Below are positions 40,124 through 50,302 of a DNA stretch of 64,000 nt, one piece after another (position 1 is the stretch's first letter; each line of letters opens with the position of its first letter). The DNA is from Candidatus Poribacteria bacterium (GTDB lineage Bacteria > Poribacteria > WGA-4E > WGA-3G), in the NCBI GenBank assembly GCA_964291315.2, contig OZ219753.1, positions 1,568,001 to 1,632,000 of the forward strand. The letters are read 5' to 3'. The position numbers and the translations under genes are program-made. The notes under the pieces were generated by a model that did no database searches, was not told where the DNA came from, and saw nothing but the letters and a program-made list of their open reading frames with translations.

Positions 40124-41314
40124 TTGAACACCCCTAAATTTAGCCGAGTTTCGCTGATTCTTCCCATTTACATTCCAGCATTTTTCTTAGCAACGGGCGG
40201 CGGTATCGTTTCACCGACACTCTCAATTTATGTTAAATCGTTCGAGTTATCTTACACACTCACCACCATTGTCTTCGCGGTTGGCGTGCTCGGCAACATT
40301 CCAGCAGGCGTTTTGGTGGAGCGACTCGGGCGCAAAATGTCGATGTTGTTAGGTTTGGTGATGATAGGACTATCGACTGTCGGTATGGGCGCAGCGACCC
40401 ATTTTTTTCAACTCGTTGCCGCACAATTAGTCGGAGGTATTGGACATGCATTGTGGATGCTTGCCCGGCATGCGTATATGACAGATGTCATTCCGCTAGC
40501 GAATCGTGGAAGGGCAATTGCGCTCTTCGGCGGTGTCAACCGAATCGGGACCTTCATGGGGCAGTTTTGTTCCGTCTTCCTTGGGGTGAACCTCCGCTTC
40601 CCGTTTTTTATATTCGCGGGGCTTGTAGTTTTGAATTTTGTGCTATGTCTCTTCTTTATCCCGGAGACACATCGAACGATAAGCCGACCTACCGGCAAAA
40701 AAGTATCTTATCTGGGACATCTGGTTCAGATATCGCGTCAACATGCACGTCTCCTAGCCACCGCTGGTGTGGGCCAGATATGTGTGCAGACCCTTCGGCG
40801 TGGGTGTAATATTATTATTCCCCTCTATGCGGACGAGGTGGTTGGGTTAAAAACACAGCAAGTACGACAAGTAGTGATGCTCTCTTCAGCGGTAGATATG
40901 TCCATGTTCCCGATTGCGGGTTACATGATGGATCGATACGGTCGAAGGTTTGCGACGGTCCCTGGGATTTGCATTTTTGCAACTGGAATGGTATTGATGC
41001 CGTTTACGGGAACTTTCACAGGCCTACTGTTCGCGGCAATTTTCATGAGACTCGGGAACGGGGTGGCGTCCGGGACAATGATGACGCTCGGGGCAGACCT
41101 CGCACCGCGTGAAGGAACCGGAGAATTCTTAAGTTTGTGGCGACTGACGGGAGACTTCGGAGGCTCGGCAGGCCCGGTTATCGTAGGTAACCTTGCAGAT
41201 GTGTTCGGATTAGGTTATTCGGGCTTCACGTTAGGGGGTATCGGTTATCTCGCGGTAGCTATTTTTCTCTATCTGGTCCCGGAGACCTTGCAGAAAGAAA
41301 AAACAGGTAGGTAG
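40124..41314 (+). CDS. MFS transporter
   Basis: About 12 hydrophobic segments; G.LVERLGRK and G.MMDRYGRR motif A. Confidence 0.88.
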   Translation: MNTPKFSRVSLILPIYIPAFFLATGGGIVSPTLSIYVKSFELSYTLTTIVFAVGVLGNIPAGVLVERLGRKMSMLLGLVMIGLSTVGMGAATHFFQLVAAQLVGGIGHALWMLARHAYMTDVIPLANRGRAIALFGGVNRIGTFMGQFCSVFLGVNLRFPFFIFAGLVVLNFVLCLFFIPETHRTISRPTGKKVSYLGHLVQISRQHARLLATAGVGQICVQTLRRGCNIIIPLYADEVVGLKTQQVRQVVMLSSAVDMSMFPIAGYMMDRYGRRFATVPGICIFATGMVLMPFTGTFTGLLFAAIFMRLGNGVASGTMMTLGADLAPREGTGEFLSLWRLTGDFGGSAGPVIVGNLADVFGLGYSGFTLGGIGYLAVAIFLYLVPETLQKEKTGR

Positions 41315-41362
41315 ACCCGCTTAGAAAGCATGCCATGCTGTTTAGAGCGTCTCTGTTATAGA

Positions 41363-41448
41363 TGCCGGGAAAGGGACTCGAACCCTTACGCGCGAAATGC
41401 ACACTAGAACCTGAATCTAGCCTGTCTACCAAATTCCAGCATCCCGGC
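41363..41448 (-). tRNA. tRNA-Leu (anticodon CAG), CCA not encoded
   Basis: GCCGGGA/TCCCGGC-type acceptor stem, D-loop with TGGTAGAC, anticodon arm ctaga-ttCAGgt-tctag, long variable arm, GGTTCGAGTCC T-arm. Confidence 0.95.
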
Positions 41449-41465
41449 AAATAATTGACAGCTAC

Positions 41466-41494
41466 AGTATACCTTAATTTCCGCTTCTTGTCAA
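41466..41494 (-). promoter_or_regulatory. Sigma70 promoter of tRNA-Leu
   Basis: Minus strand reads TTGACA-17 bp-TATACT. Confidence 0.75.
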
Positions 41495-41734
41495 ATTAAA
41501 ACGGATGAGGAGACTTCGCCCGGATGTTATTTTCATTTCAGTGTCCCCGGGGATGTAGCATCAACAACTTTACAGACCCGATTAAGTCACGGAGAATAGA
41601 TTAGGAAGAATTCGGATTAAACTTGTAATGTTTCTGACACATCTAATATAATTAACAAACAGACTGACCCCCTCCCTGCAAGTGGGCAACCTGTGGTTAC
41701 ATCACTATACACAACATAAAAGGAGCTTAAACCC

Positions 41735-42481
41735 ATGAAAATAAGAATATTTGGCTGCGTAATACTCGCGTTAGGTCTCATCGCCAGTTATAGTCAAGCC
41801 AAGATTGACCCGGACAAAATCGTTGGTATCTGGTTACTAGACGAAGGTAAGGGCGATGTTGCTGAAGATGCATCTGAAAACGGGCGCGAGGGTACAATTA
41901 CAGAAGGTAGATGGGAAAAAGGCAAGTTCGATGGTGCACTTGAAATCAAAAAAGGTGGAACCGTTACCATTCCGCTCGGTCAAGGCATTATTGAAAGTAA
42001 AGTGACTTTCGTCCTCTGGTTACAATTTACTGACATCGGTGGTCAGCAAAATTATTTTTCTATATGGGATCAGAGCAACAACCGCTATGTTCCTTACAAA
42101 AACGATGGTAATCTTCTTCGTAGCTGGACGAATAATTGGGATATCGCCAGCGGTGTGACTGTTAAAGCGGGGACCTGGTATCACGTTGCCAACGTCTACG
42201 ACGGGGAAAACTGTCGTATCTATATTGATGGCGAGGAGAAGGTTTCACAAAAGGTCCCGAAGTTCCAACTCCAAGATCAGGATCAGACAGCGTGGCTTGC
42301 GACCGATAGGGGCACCGGTTTCCTATCCGCCTGTATTATGGATGATGTTGGACTTTTTAACGATGCACTCACCGAAGCTGAAGTTCAGGGGATCATGAAT
42401 AACGGCATTTATCAAACCGCTTTTGCTGTGGCCCCGTTGGATAAGCTTCCTGTCCTTTGGAGTGAATTAAAGACACATTAA
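41735..42481 (+). CDS. Exported LamG-like jellyroll domain protein
   Basis: Signal peptide, WLLDEG.G..A.D.S, GKFDGAL, WYHVA.VYDG...IYIDG, DDV..FN.AL; C-terminal AVAPLDKLPVLWSELK. Confidence 0.85.
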   Translation: MKIRIFGCVILALGLIASYSQAKIDPDKIVGIWLLDEGKGDVAEDASENGREGTITEGRWEKGKFDGALEIKKGGTVTIPLGQGIIESKVTFVLWLQFTDIGGQQNYFSIWDQSNNRYVPYKNDGNLLRSWTNNWDIASGVTVKAGTWYHVANVYDGENCRIYIDGEEKVSQKVPKFQLQDQDQTAWLATDRGTGFLSACIMDDVGLFNDALTEAEVQGIMNNGIYQTAFAVAPLDKLPVLWSELKTH

Positions 42482-42551
42482 CAATGACGGTTTCGAGATC
42501 GCTGTGGTTTGCTTTGCATCGCGGGTCTCGTTTTGCAAAAGAGACAGACTT

Positions 42552-43043
42552 ATGAGATATTTCGCCTATGGGTCCAATATGGATCACAGTCAAATGCGCC
42601 AACGTTGCCCGGGTGCTGTTTCTGTCGGTAGCTTGAAGCTTGAGCGTTTCCGCCTCGTTTTTAACTATTATGCTGACATTATCCCATCGGAGGCGTGTTC
42701 AGTTTACGGCGGACTCTGGCAAATCACAGAGTCTCACGAAAAATCCCTTGACCACTATGAAGGCTATCCGGACCACTACGGCAAGCATTACCGAGACGAT
42801 GTCATGTTTTACCGGATGGAGCAAGGGTACAGATATCAAGAGCCTCCGGCAAGATGGTATCTGGAAACGGTTATTCAGGGGTATTGTGAGTTTGGGTTAG
42901 TACAAGCAGACTTTGAGGCGAGCCTTGGTGTCAAGGAGCTGGGACTCACGGGGAGAGACCTCGAAGAAATCCTCGGTATGCCCCGCGACGAATTAGAGGA
43001 TCTATTTTCGGCGGCAGCAGCTACTTGTACCGATCTGTTGTGA
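42552..43043 (+). CDS. Gamma-glutamylcyclotransferase family protein
   Basis: YFAYGSNM and LDHYEGYP; ATG at 42552. Confidence 0.85.
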   Translation: MRYFAYGSNMDHSQMRQRCPGAVSVGSLKLERFRLVFNYYADIIPSEACSVYGGLWQITESHEKSLDHYEGYPDHYGKHYRDDVMFYRMEQGYRYQEPPARWYLETVIQGYCEFGLVQADFEASLGVKELGLTGRDLEEILGMPRDELEDLFSAAAATCTDLL

Positions 43044-43051
43044 CCCTGGCT

Positions 43052-44782
<1,731 letters not shown>

Positions 44783-44854
44783 GATTCTATATTTCCTCAC
44801 TTTGATTGTTGGGTTTTGAGACACAAACCGAAAAAACAGAGTGCTAAAAGAGGC

Positions 44855-46234
44855 CTAGCGTAAAACGCCTTGTGCTTTTAGGCGTGAAATCAACTCGGCT
44901 TGTGTGCCCTGTCCTTTTGTAGAGTTGCATGCGGCACAGAGAAGTTGTAAGTTGTCTTCGTGGTCGGTGCCGCCTTGCGATCTTGGCACGATGTGATCAA
45001 TCGTCATGTTCCGAAACGGGAATTGCGTGGAACATCCATTACATAAGCCCTCCTGTTTACCGAACAAGGTATGCTTATGGGTGCGATAATTAGGTACCTT
45101 CTCGCTCCGTGTAGGGATGTCCGTGCGGTGGATAACTCTTCCGAAAAGTCTAACTTCATTCTCTAAACGCGAGCGCACAAGGTCGACTGCTTTGGGTGAT
45201 ATGTCAATCCCTATCCATTGACGTTGGTGTCGTTCTGCTGCGACACAGGTTGTGGCGCACCCACAGAAGGGGTCGAGTACGATATCTCCTTGATTGCTGG
45301 AGGCTTCGATAATGCGTTCTAAAAGGGCGACCGGTTTTTGTGTCGGGTAACCGGTCCGTTCTTCTCCGGCAGGTGGGGAGATGTCATCCCAAATATTACC
45401 GAATGACGTGCCTTTGTAATCCTTCATATATATTCGCCGCTGTAACTTTCCGTCAGGCCGAATAACTATATTTCCTTTCTGGTACTCTTCCTCTAAGCGT
45501 TCCTTGCTTAATCTCCATCCGGATGGGTGGGGATTAACGAATCCGCGCCATTCATAACAGAGGTTGGGTCGCTCCCCCATACCAGGATTCCGCCAAATCG
45601 GCATTGAGTCGTTATAGCGTTCTCCATTTTCGTCAACGTGTTTGAATTTCTTGAGCATTTCGGCTTCTGTGAGTTTTCGCTCTGGCCGCACTGATGTTGA
45701 TGTAGAGGCGGCGTAGTATAAGAGTATATCGGCGTTGTTGCCCCATCGCAAGCTGCGATGCTGGGATCCTTTTTGGGTGGACGTTGTACGTCTCCATGTG
45801 ATTTCGGACCTATAGTTATTTTTTCCGAAAATGCTGTCCATGGTAACTTTCAAATAGTGGCTGGCGGTTGGGTCACAGTGAAGATATATGCTACCGGTCT
45901 TTTTGAGGAGACGCTTCATTTCTAACAAGCGCACTGCCATCATAATGAGGTAAGACTTCATGCCTTTGCCGTGTGTGAGTTCGGCTGTGTGTATTACCTG
46001 ATACAGGGCCGGCTCTCGGTCGGCTATTTCGCCGTGCCATGCGTTGTCTACATCGGAGAGTGTCCAGGTGTCTTTGAAGGCTGTGCCTGCTGCGCTGCTG
46101 CCGATAGGTGCTGCATAGTTGCGATTGGAATTGAATGGCGGGTCAAGATAGATCAGATCGATGGACGCTGTATCTATTCCTCGCAGAACGGGCAAGTTGT
46201 CGTTTGAGAAGAGGGTTCGGTTTTGGGTGTTCAT
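44855..46234 (-). CDS. Beta-order DNA methyltransferase fused to a C-terminal HNH endonuclease
   Basis: YLDPPF, YPTQKP..LLERII, LDPFCGCATT, then CNGC..IDHIVPRSQGG.D...NLQLLC..CN..K. Confidence 0.88.
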   Translation of the reverse strand: MNTQNRTLFSNDNLPVLRGIDTASIDLIYLDPPFNSNRNYAAPIGSSAAGTAFKDTWTLSDVDNAWHGEIADREPALYQVIHTAELTHGKGMKSYLIMMAVRLLEMKRLLKKTGSIYLHCDPTASHYLKVTMDSIFGKNNYRSEITWRRTTSTQKGSQHRSLRWGNNADILLYYAASTSTSVRPERKLTEAEMLKKFKHVDENGERYNDSMPIWRNPGMGERPNLCYEWRGFVNPHPSGWRLSKERLEEEYQKGNIVIRPDGKLQRRIYMKDYKGTSFGNIWDDISPPAGEERTGYPTQKPVALLERIIEASSNQGDIVLDPFCGCATTCVAAERHQRQWIGIDISPKAVDLVRSRLENEVRLFGRVIHRTDIPTRSEKVPNYRTHKHTLFGKQEGLCNGCSTQFPFRNMTIDHIVPRSQGGTDHEDNLQLLCAACNSTKGQGTQAELISRLKAQGVLR

Positions 46235-46408
46235 TTATACGGCATAGTATGTAACGCGGCGCAACCTAAGCGTTTGTGCTGCGTCAGAGAAATCTATCAT
46301 CGGCATACAGTATCACGGAACAAAGCTATCATGAGAATCATTTATTGTCAAGCATCTTGAATGTTTTGGTTTATTGGGAAAAAACTTCTCCATTAGGTAT
46401 AGAAAGTG

Positions 46409-47137
46409 TTAAGGTTTTTCTCCTTCTAATGCTTTCATATCTGGGGGCTTGGTTTCTACGATCCCTTGATCTGGATTGACGGCATTGTGGGCAACCATGG
46501 TTTTGAGGATCTGGTGTGCTAAGTCGATGTATTTCATTGCGGTTTTAGGATTCACTTCATTAAAGATGAGCTGTTTCTGGTAGCCGTAGAGGGTTTCTAA
46601 TTCTCGTGAAAGGTTCATGGAGATATCTAGATTCGGGCTTCGATGATTCGCGTAAAATTCACTTCGAGTTTGGGTAAATAGGGTCCGGTATTTATTCGGG
46701 AATTGAGCGTGATCGATATTAAGGCGGCGGAATCGATTGAACAGATTTTGTCGGAACGTCTTGAGGCGTTCTTGGTGATCGGTGATGGCTTCCTGTTGCA
46801 ATTTGATCTGGAGCTTGGTGAGCTTGGATTCGCGAGTCTCTTGATATTCTTCATGGGCTATTTCATTGAGTTTTTGATCGGCTTTGTCCCCGTATTCTTC
46901 TTCGAACTCTTCTGTGTATTCCTCAATGGCACTGTCGATGTATTCACGTTTTTCTTCTGCTTCTTCTTCGGTTAGCGGTTGGGCCAATAGTTCGTCGAGC
47001 TCGGGCATTTTTTCGAGCTGTGGGATTGGAATTTCATTCTCAAATTTTTCGAGGAATGCCTCGACGATGTCGGTTAATTTCATAAACCGAGCGAAACAGT
47101 TAACGACGAATTCTTTATGTTGTTCTGTGAGTTTCAT
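46409..47137 (-). CDS. Hypothetical protein with DUF2280-like termini and an acidic insert
   Basis: KEFVVNCFARF...IVEAFLEKF and KYRTLFTQTRSEF resemble DUF2280 (recalled, not searched); RBS AAGGAG. Confidence 0.45.
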   Translation of the reverse strand: MKLTEQHKEFVVNCFARFMKLTDIVEAFLEKFENEIPIPQLEKMPELDELLAQPLTEEEAEEKREYIDSAIEEYTEEFEEEYGDKADQKLNEIAHEEYQETRESKLTKLQIKLQQEAITDHQERLKTFRQNLFNRFRRLNIDHAQFPNKYRTLFTQTRSEFYANHRSPNLDISMNLSRELETLYGYQKQLIFNEVNPKTAMKYIDLAHQILKTMVAHNAVNPDQGIVETKPPDMKALEGEKP

Positions 47138-47519
47138 TTTAATACTCCTTAAAAATGTTACACTGGTGTAACGTTTGATATCGTCATGTTATGGGCAAAG
47201 AACCCAGTGAATACAAGGGTTAACAAGCGTTATATTACCTTTGTGAAAAAAAAGCAATTTGGCAGAAAGTGTAACATTTTCTACAAACCTTGCACCTTTC
47301 TGGGAGCGGTAATGGGTTGTAGTTTCGTAAAACATTTTCTGCGTAGATAGCTGGATAACATGCTTTTTCCTCGATTATTCTGCTTCTCTAAACATCACAT
47401 AATATATGATAACACATATCACTTAATAAGTCAAATTTATTTTCTCCCCTATTTAAGTGTAGTTTTTAGGCGATGATTTCTGCTGTGTTTTAGATGCGTT
47501 AAAGACTTCTAGGAAGGTA

Positions 47520-47544
47520 TGGGTGCGGTTTGTAACCGCACCCA
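47520..47544. repeat. Palindrome (REP-like or terminator of the aminotransferase gene)
   Basis: tgggtgcggtt-tgt-aaccgcaccca, perfect 11-bp stem. Confidence 0.6.
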
Positions 47545-47669
47545 CAAATTTAGGCGGTTGTCCGATGTGACAGTTTTGGACACGGACGCAAGCGGATTGG
47601 AAAATCTGACTCCTGCGCGGTTGCCTCAGTAAGCCGACTCACAAAGTGTGCGCAGAAGAGGAACTGACA

Positions 47670-48857
47670 TTACTGCAGCGCCTTTTTTATTCGGTCTAAT
47701 CCGCGGTTAATCTCTGTCAACGAGGTCGCGAAGGAGAGTCGGAGGTGTTTGTCAGCGCCGAACCCGTCGCCCGGTACAACGCCCACGCCTGCGGAGTTGA
47801 GAAGGTAATCGGTCATATCCATTGCGTTTTCTATTTTGTTTCCGCCGAGCGTTCTGCCGTAGTGTGCGGAAAAATCGGGGAAGATATAGAAAGCGCCTTG
47901 GGGTTTGGCATAACTGATTCCTTCGATGTCATCAAAACGTTGACAGATCACGTTTCGGCGTTCCTCGAACGCTTTTCGCATCTCTTCAACAGCGTCTTGT
48001 GGTTCATTAAGTGCGGCTAGAGCGGCTTTCTGAGCAATGGAGGTGGGGTTTGAGGTGCTGTGGGATTGGATACGCGACATCGCCGAGACGGCTTCTTCGG
48101 GACCCGCCGTATACCCGATCCGCCATCCTGTCATAGAGTAGGCTTTAGAGACACCGTTGACAACAAAGGTGATGGCTTTGGTCTGCTCATTGAAGGAGGC
48201 GGGACTCTGATGTGTCGCTGCATCGTAGAGCAGGGCTTCGTAAATTTCGTCGGAGATAAGGTAGACCTGATGCTTGACCGCAATATCGGCAACGGCTTTG
48301 AGGGTATCCAAATCGTACGTAGTGCCGGTAGGGTTGCTCGGACTGTTAAGGAGGATTGCCTTTGTCTTTGGCGAGAGAGCAGCCTCGACCTGCTGGGGGT
48401 CCATGCAGAAGTTGTCTGCCGGTGTGGTCTCAATGACGCGTGGTATTGCCCCGGCGAGTTTGATTTGCTCAGGGTAGCTGACCCAATAGGGAGCAGCGAA
48501 GATGACCTCGTCGCCTGGGTCACAGATGGCTTGAAAGATGTTATAGATGGTGTGTTTTGCGCCGCATGAGACGATGACTTCGGACGGTTTGTAGCTCAGT
48601 CCGTTGTCCCTTTTAAATTTGTCGGCAATCGCTTGGCGAAGTTCGGGGGTGCCGGGCACAGGCGTGTATTTCGTAAATCCTGCGTTGAGTGCGTCTATTG
48701 CTGCGTTTTTGATATAATCCGGTGTGTCAAAATCGGGTTCGCCTGCGCCGAATTTGACCACATCTACGCCCTCCGCGATCAAGGCGTTAATTTTGGCGGT
48801 GATCGCTAACGTGGAGGATGGTGTTACGCTTTGGCTTCGTTGTGATAAAGAGATCAT
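47670..48857 (-). CDS. Aspartate aminotransferase (class I/II PLP enzyme)
   Basis: GAGEPDFDTP, NSPSNPTG, SDEIY and NGVSKAYSMTGWRIG. Confidence 0.93.
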   Translation of the reverse strand: MISLSQRSQSVTPSSTLAITAKINALIAEGVDVVKFGAGEPDFDTPDYIKNAAIDALNAGFTKYTPVPGTPELRQAIADKFKRDNGLSYKPSEVIVSCGAKHTIYNIFQAICDPGDEVIFAAPYWVSYPEQIKLAGAIPRVIETTPADNFCMDPQQVEAALSPKTKAILLNSPSNPTGTTYDLDTLKAVADIAVKHQVYLISDEIYEALLYDAATHQSPASFNEQTKAITFVVNGVSKAYSMTGWRIGYTAGPEEAVSAMSRIQSHSTSNPTSIAQKAALAALNEPQDAVEEMRKAFEERRNVICQRFDDIEGISYAKPQGAFYIFPDFSAHYGRTLGGNKIENAMDMTDYLLNSAGVGVVPGDGFGADKHLRLSFATSLTEINRGLDRIKKALQ

Positions 48858-48860
48858 TTA

Positions 48861-48970
48861 TTCTCCTTTGAAAATAAGTTTAGGTTTTGGTTTGTAGTAA
48901 AAGTTTCAGGCCGATGGGCCATTTCTTGAGCTGCGTAAGAGGTGTTTCAACCTGTTAATCCCTTTCTATT
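48861..48970. repeat. Diverged direct repeat of 50101-50210 (offset 1240 bp)
   Basis: 46/60 identical over 48861-48920 vs 50101-50160 by hand alignment; similarity continues into the coiled-coil tail. Confidence 0.8.
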
Positions 48971-48973
48971 CAG

Positions 48974-50083
48974 TCAGTCACTCTCCGTTAAACGGCGGAT
49001 TTGCGATTCTAATCGCTCATACCTAGATTCTAATTCTCTGATTCTATCTTGAAGTTGGCGGTGAGTGCCCGGACGTTGAACAACCCTCGTCTCAAATTCA
49101 GAACGCTCAATCTGTTGAAATCGATTGTGGCGAAGATTTTCATAAAAAATCCAGGTGTCTCGATTTGTGCTATTCGCAAATACCCCGAACCTTGTATCCG
49201 TTGCACAGAGATAGGACTTTAATTGGTCAGGACCATACCCTACAACATTTTCTGGCTTACACTCGGCGATTGCAGCAAAACTCCCTTCTGGGTCAATTAG
49301 CACGATGTCAGCCCTGCGGCGGCTAACTCCCATCTGAATTTCGCATTCCCTTGCTGTGGAAAATTCTTGCCTGAGCTCAGAAAAATAAGACTTAACTTCC
49401 CTTACTACTTGAGCTTCACCGTCCTGAAAACCATCGGGCAGAACACGTATATTTCTAGTCCTAATTTGATACCGGGATGTGGGTGGAAAGATGTTAAAGT
49501 GCCCCTCTATACTAACATTAGCCCCTTCCCTTGAAGGAAAGTCACCTGCAATATCGGGAGAAAGTGTGCATTCAATCATTTCTGTGGCACCACTCTCATT
49601 AGCGTCAACATTTATGAGAGCCATACGGATATATCCTTGGTTAGTGCGGGTCCACTCGAAGATTTCCCCTTGAACCGTGATTGAATGGGGTTTTATACTG
49701 TTTTTTAAGGCGGTGGTTAGAGAACTAACGGAAACGGTTTGATCTGGCTGGCCAGCTCCAGGCGTTTCTATACCGGTAACAGCGAACTTATATGCTCCCC
49801 TGTCTCGAAGGAGGATAACCCTACCTGTGATAAACACTTCATTGCCTACTGACGGCACATTTTGAAAAAGGGAAGGATACGCCCTATGAATAAGACATTC
49901 AATCCTGCTTTTGGGGGACTCCATGTCTTGGAGTGTGAAAGCGTAAGGTAGATATTCTGGGTTCGCTGAGATTTTTCCACGTACCCAGACGTTTTGAAGT
50001 GCAGACTGCTCACTTATGACATCCGAGAACATATCCGTTACTTCACGAACGCTGTAGGTATCTATATTAATGTCGTTTGGCAT
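48974..50083 (-). CDS. Two XseA-N-like OB folds + HsdR-N-like PD-(D/E)xK nuclease + coiled coil
   Basis: YSVREVT...VWVRGKIS and VSVSSLT...ITVQGEI (OB folds); RADIV...IAECK...DQLKSY...FGVFANS (HsdR-N-like); ATG at 50083 behind GGAGG. Confidence 0.7.
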   Translation of the reverse strand: MPNDINIDTYSVREVTDMFSDVISEQSALQNVWVRGKISANPEYLPYAFTLQDMESPKSRIECLIHRAYPSLFQNVPSVGNEVFITGRVILLRDRGAYKFAVTGIETPGAGQPDQTVSVSSLTTALKNSIKPHSITVQGEIFEWTRTNQGYIRMALINVDANESGATEMIECTLSPDIAGDFPSREGANVSIEGHFNIFPPTSRYQIRTRNIRVLPDGFQDGEAQVVREVKSYFSELRQEFSTARECEIQMGVSRRRADIVLIDPEGSFAAIAECKPENVVGYGPDQLKSYLCATDTRFGVFANSTNRDTWIFYENLRHNRFQQIERSEFETRVVQRPGTHRQLQDRIRELESRYERLESQIRRLTESD

Positions 50084-50145
50084 GTGCACCTCCTCCTATA
50101 TTCGCCTTTGAAAATAAATTTTGTCTTCGGTTTGTAGTAAGGTTT

Positions 50146-50302
50146 TCAATCCGACGGATCGTTTTTTAGGCTGTTAAGCAGCCTCTCAAACTGTTGAATC
50201 CCTTCGTTCCATGCCGTCTCTTTCCGTTTAAGACGGCAAATTTCAGACTTTAAGTGCTCACATTCGGCCTCTAACGATTTGATTTTATCTTGAAATACAT
50301 GT
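50146..50302 (-). pseudogene. Out-of-frame coiled-coil tail of the giant ORF
   Basis: FQDKIKSLEAECEHLKSEICRL aligns with LQDRIRELESRYERLESQIRRL of the paralog; detached by a frameshifting deletion at about 50302. Confidence 0.7.

Noticed and set aside
41363-41448. tRNA-Leu as an integration site for the downstream accessory genes
   Set aside because: No duplicated tRNA 3' end and no integrase were seen in the window.
47151-47164. 13/14 match between the putative guide (aaaaatgttaaact) and the upstream region of the DUF2280-like gene
   Set aside because: Short, A/T-rich and not anchored at the guide 5' end; likely chance.
48974-50083. Annotation as exonuclease VII large subunit (xseA) or type I hsdR
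   Set aside because: It lacks the ExoVII catalytic GGGS domain and the HsdR helicase; only the OB-like and N-terminal nuclease modules are present.
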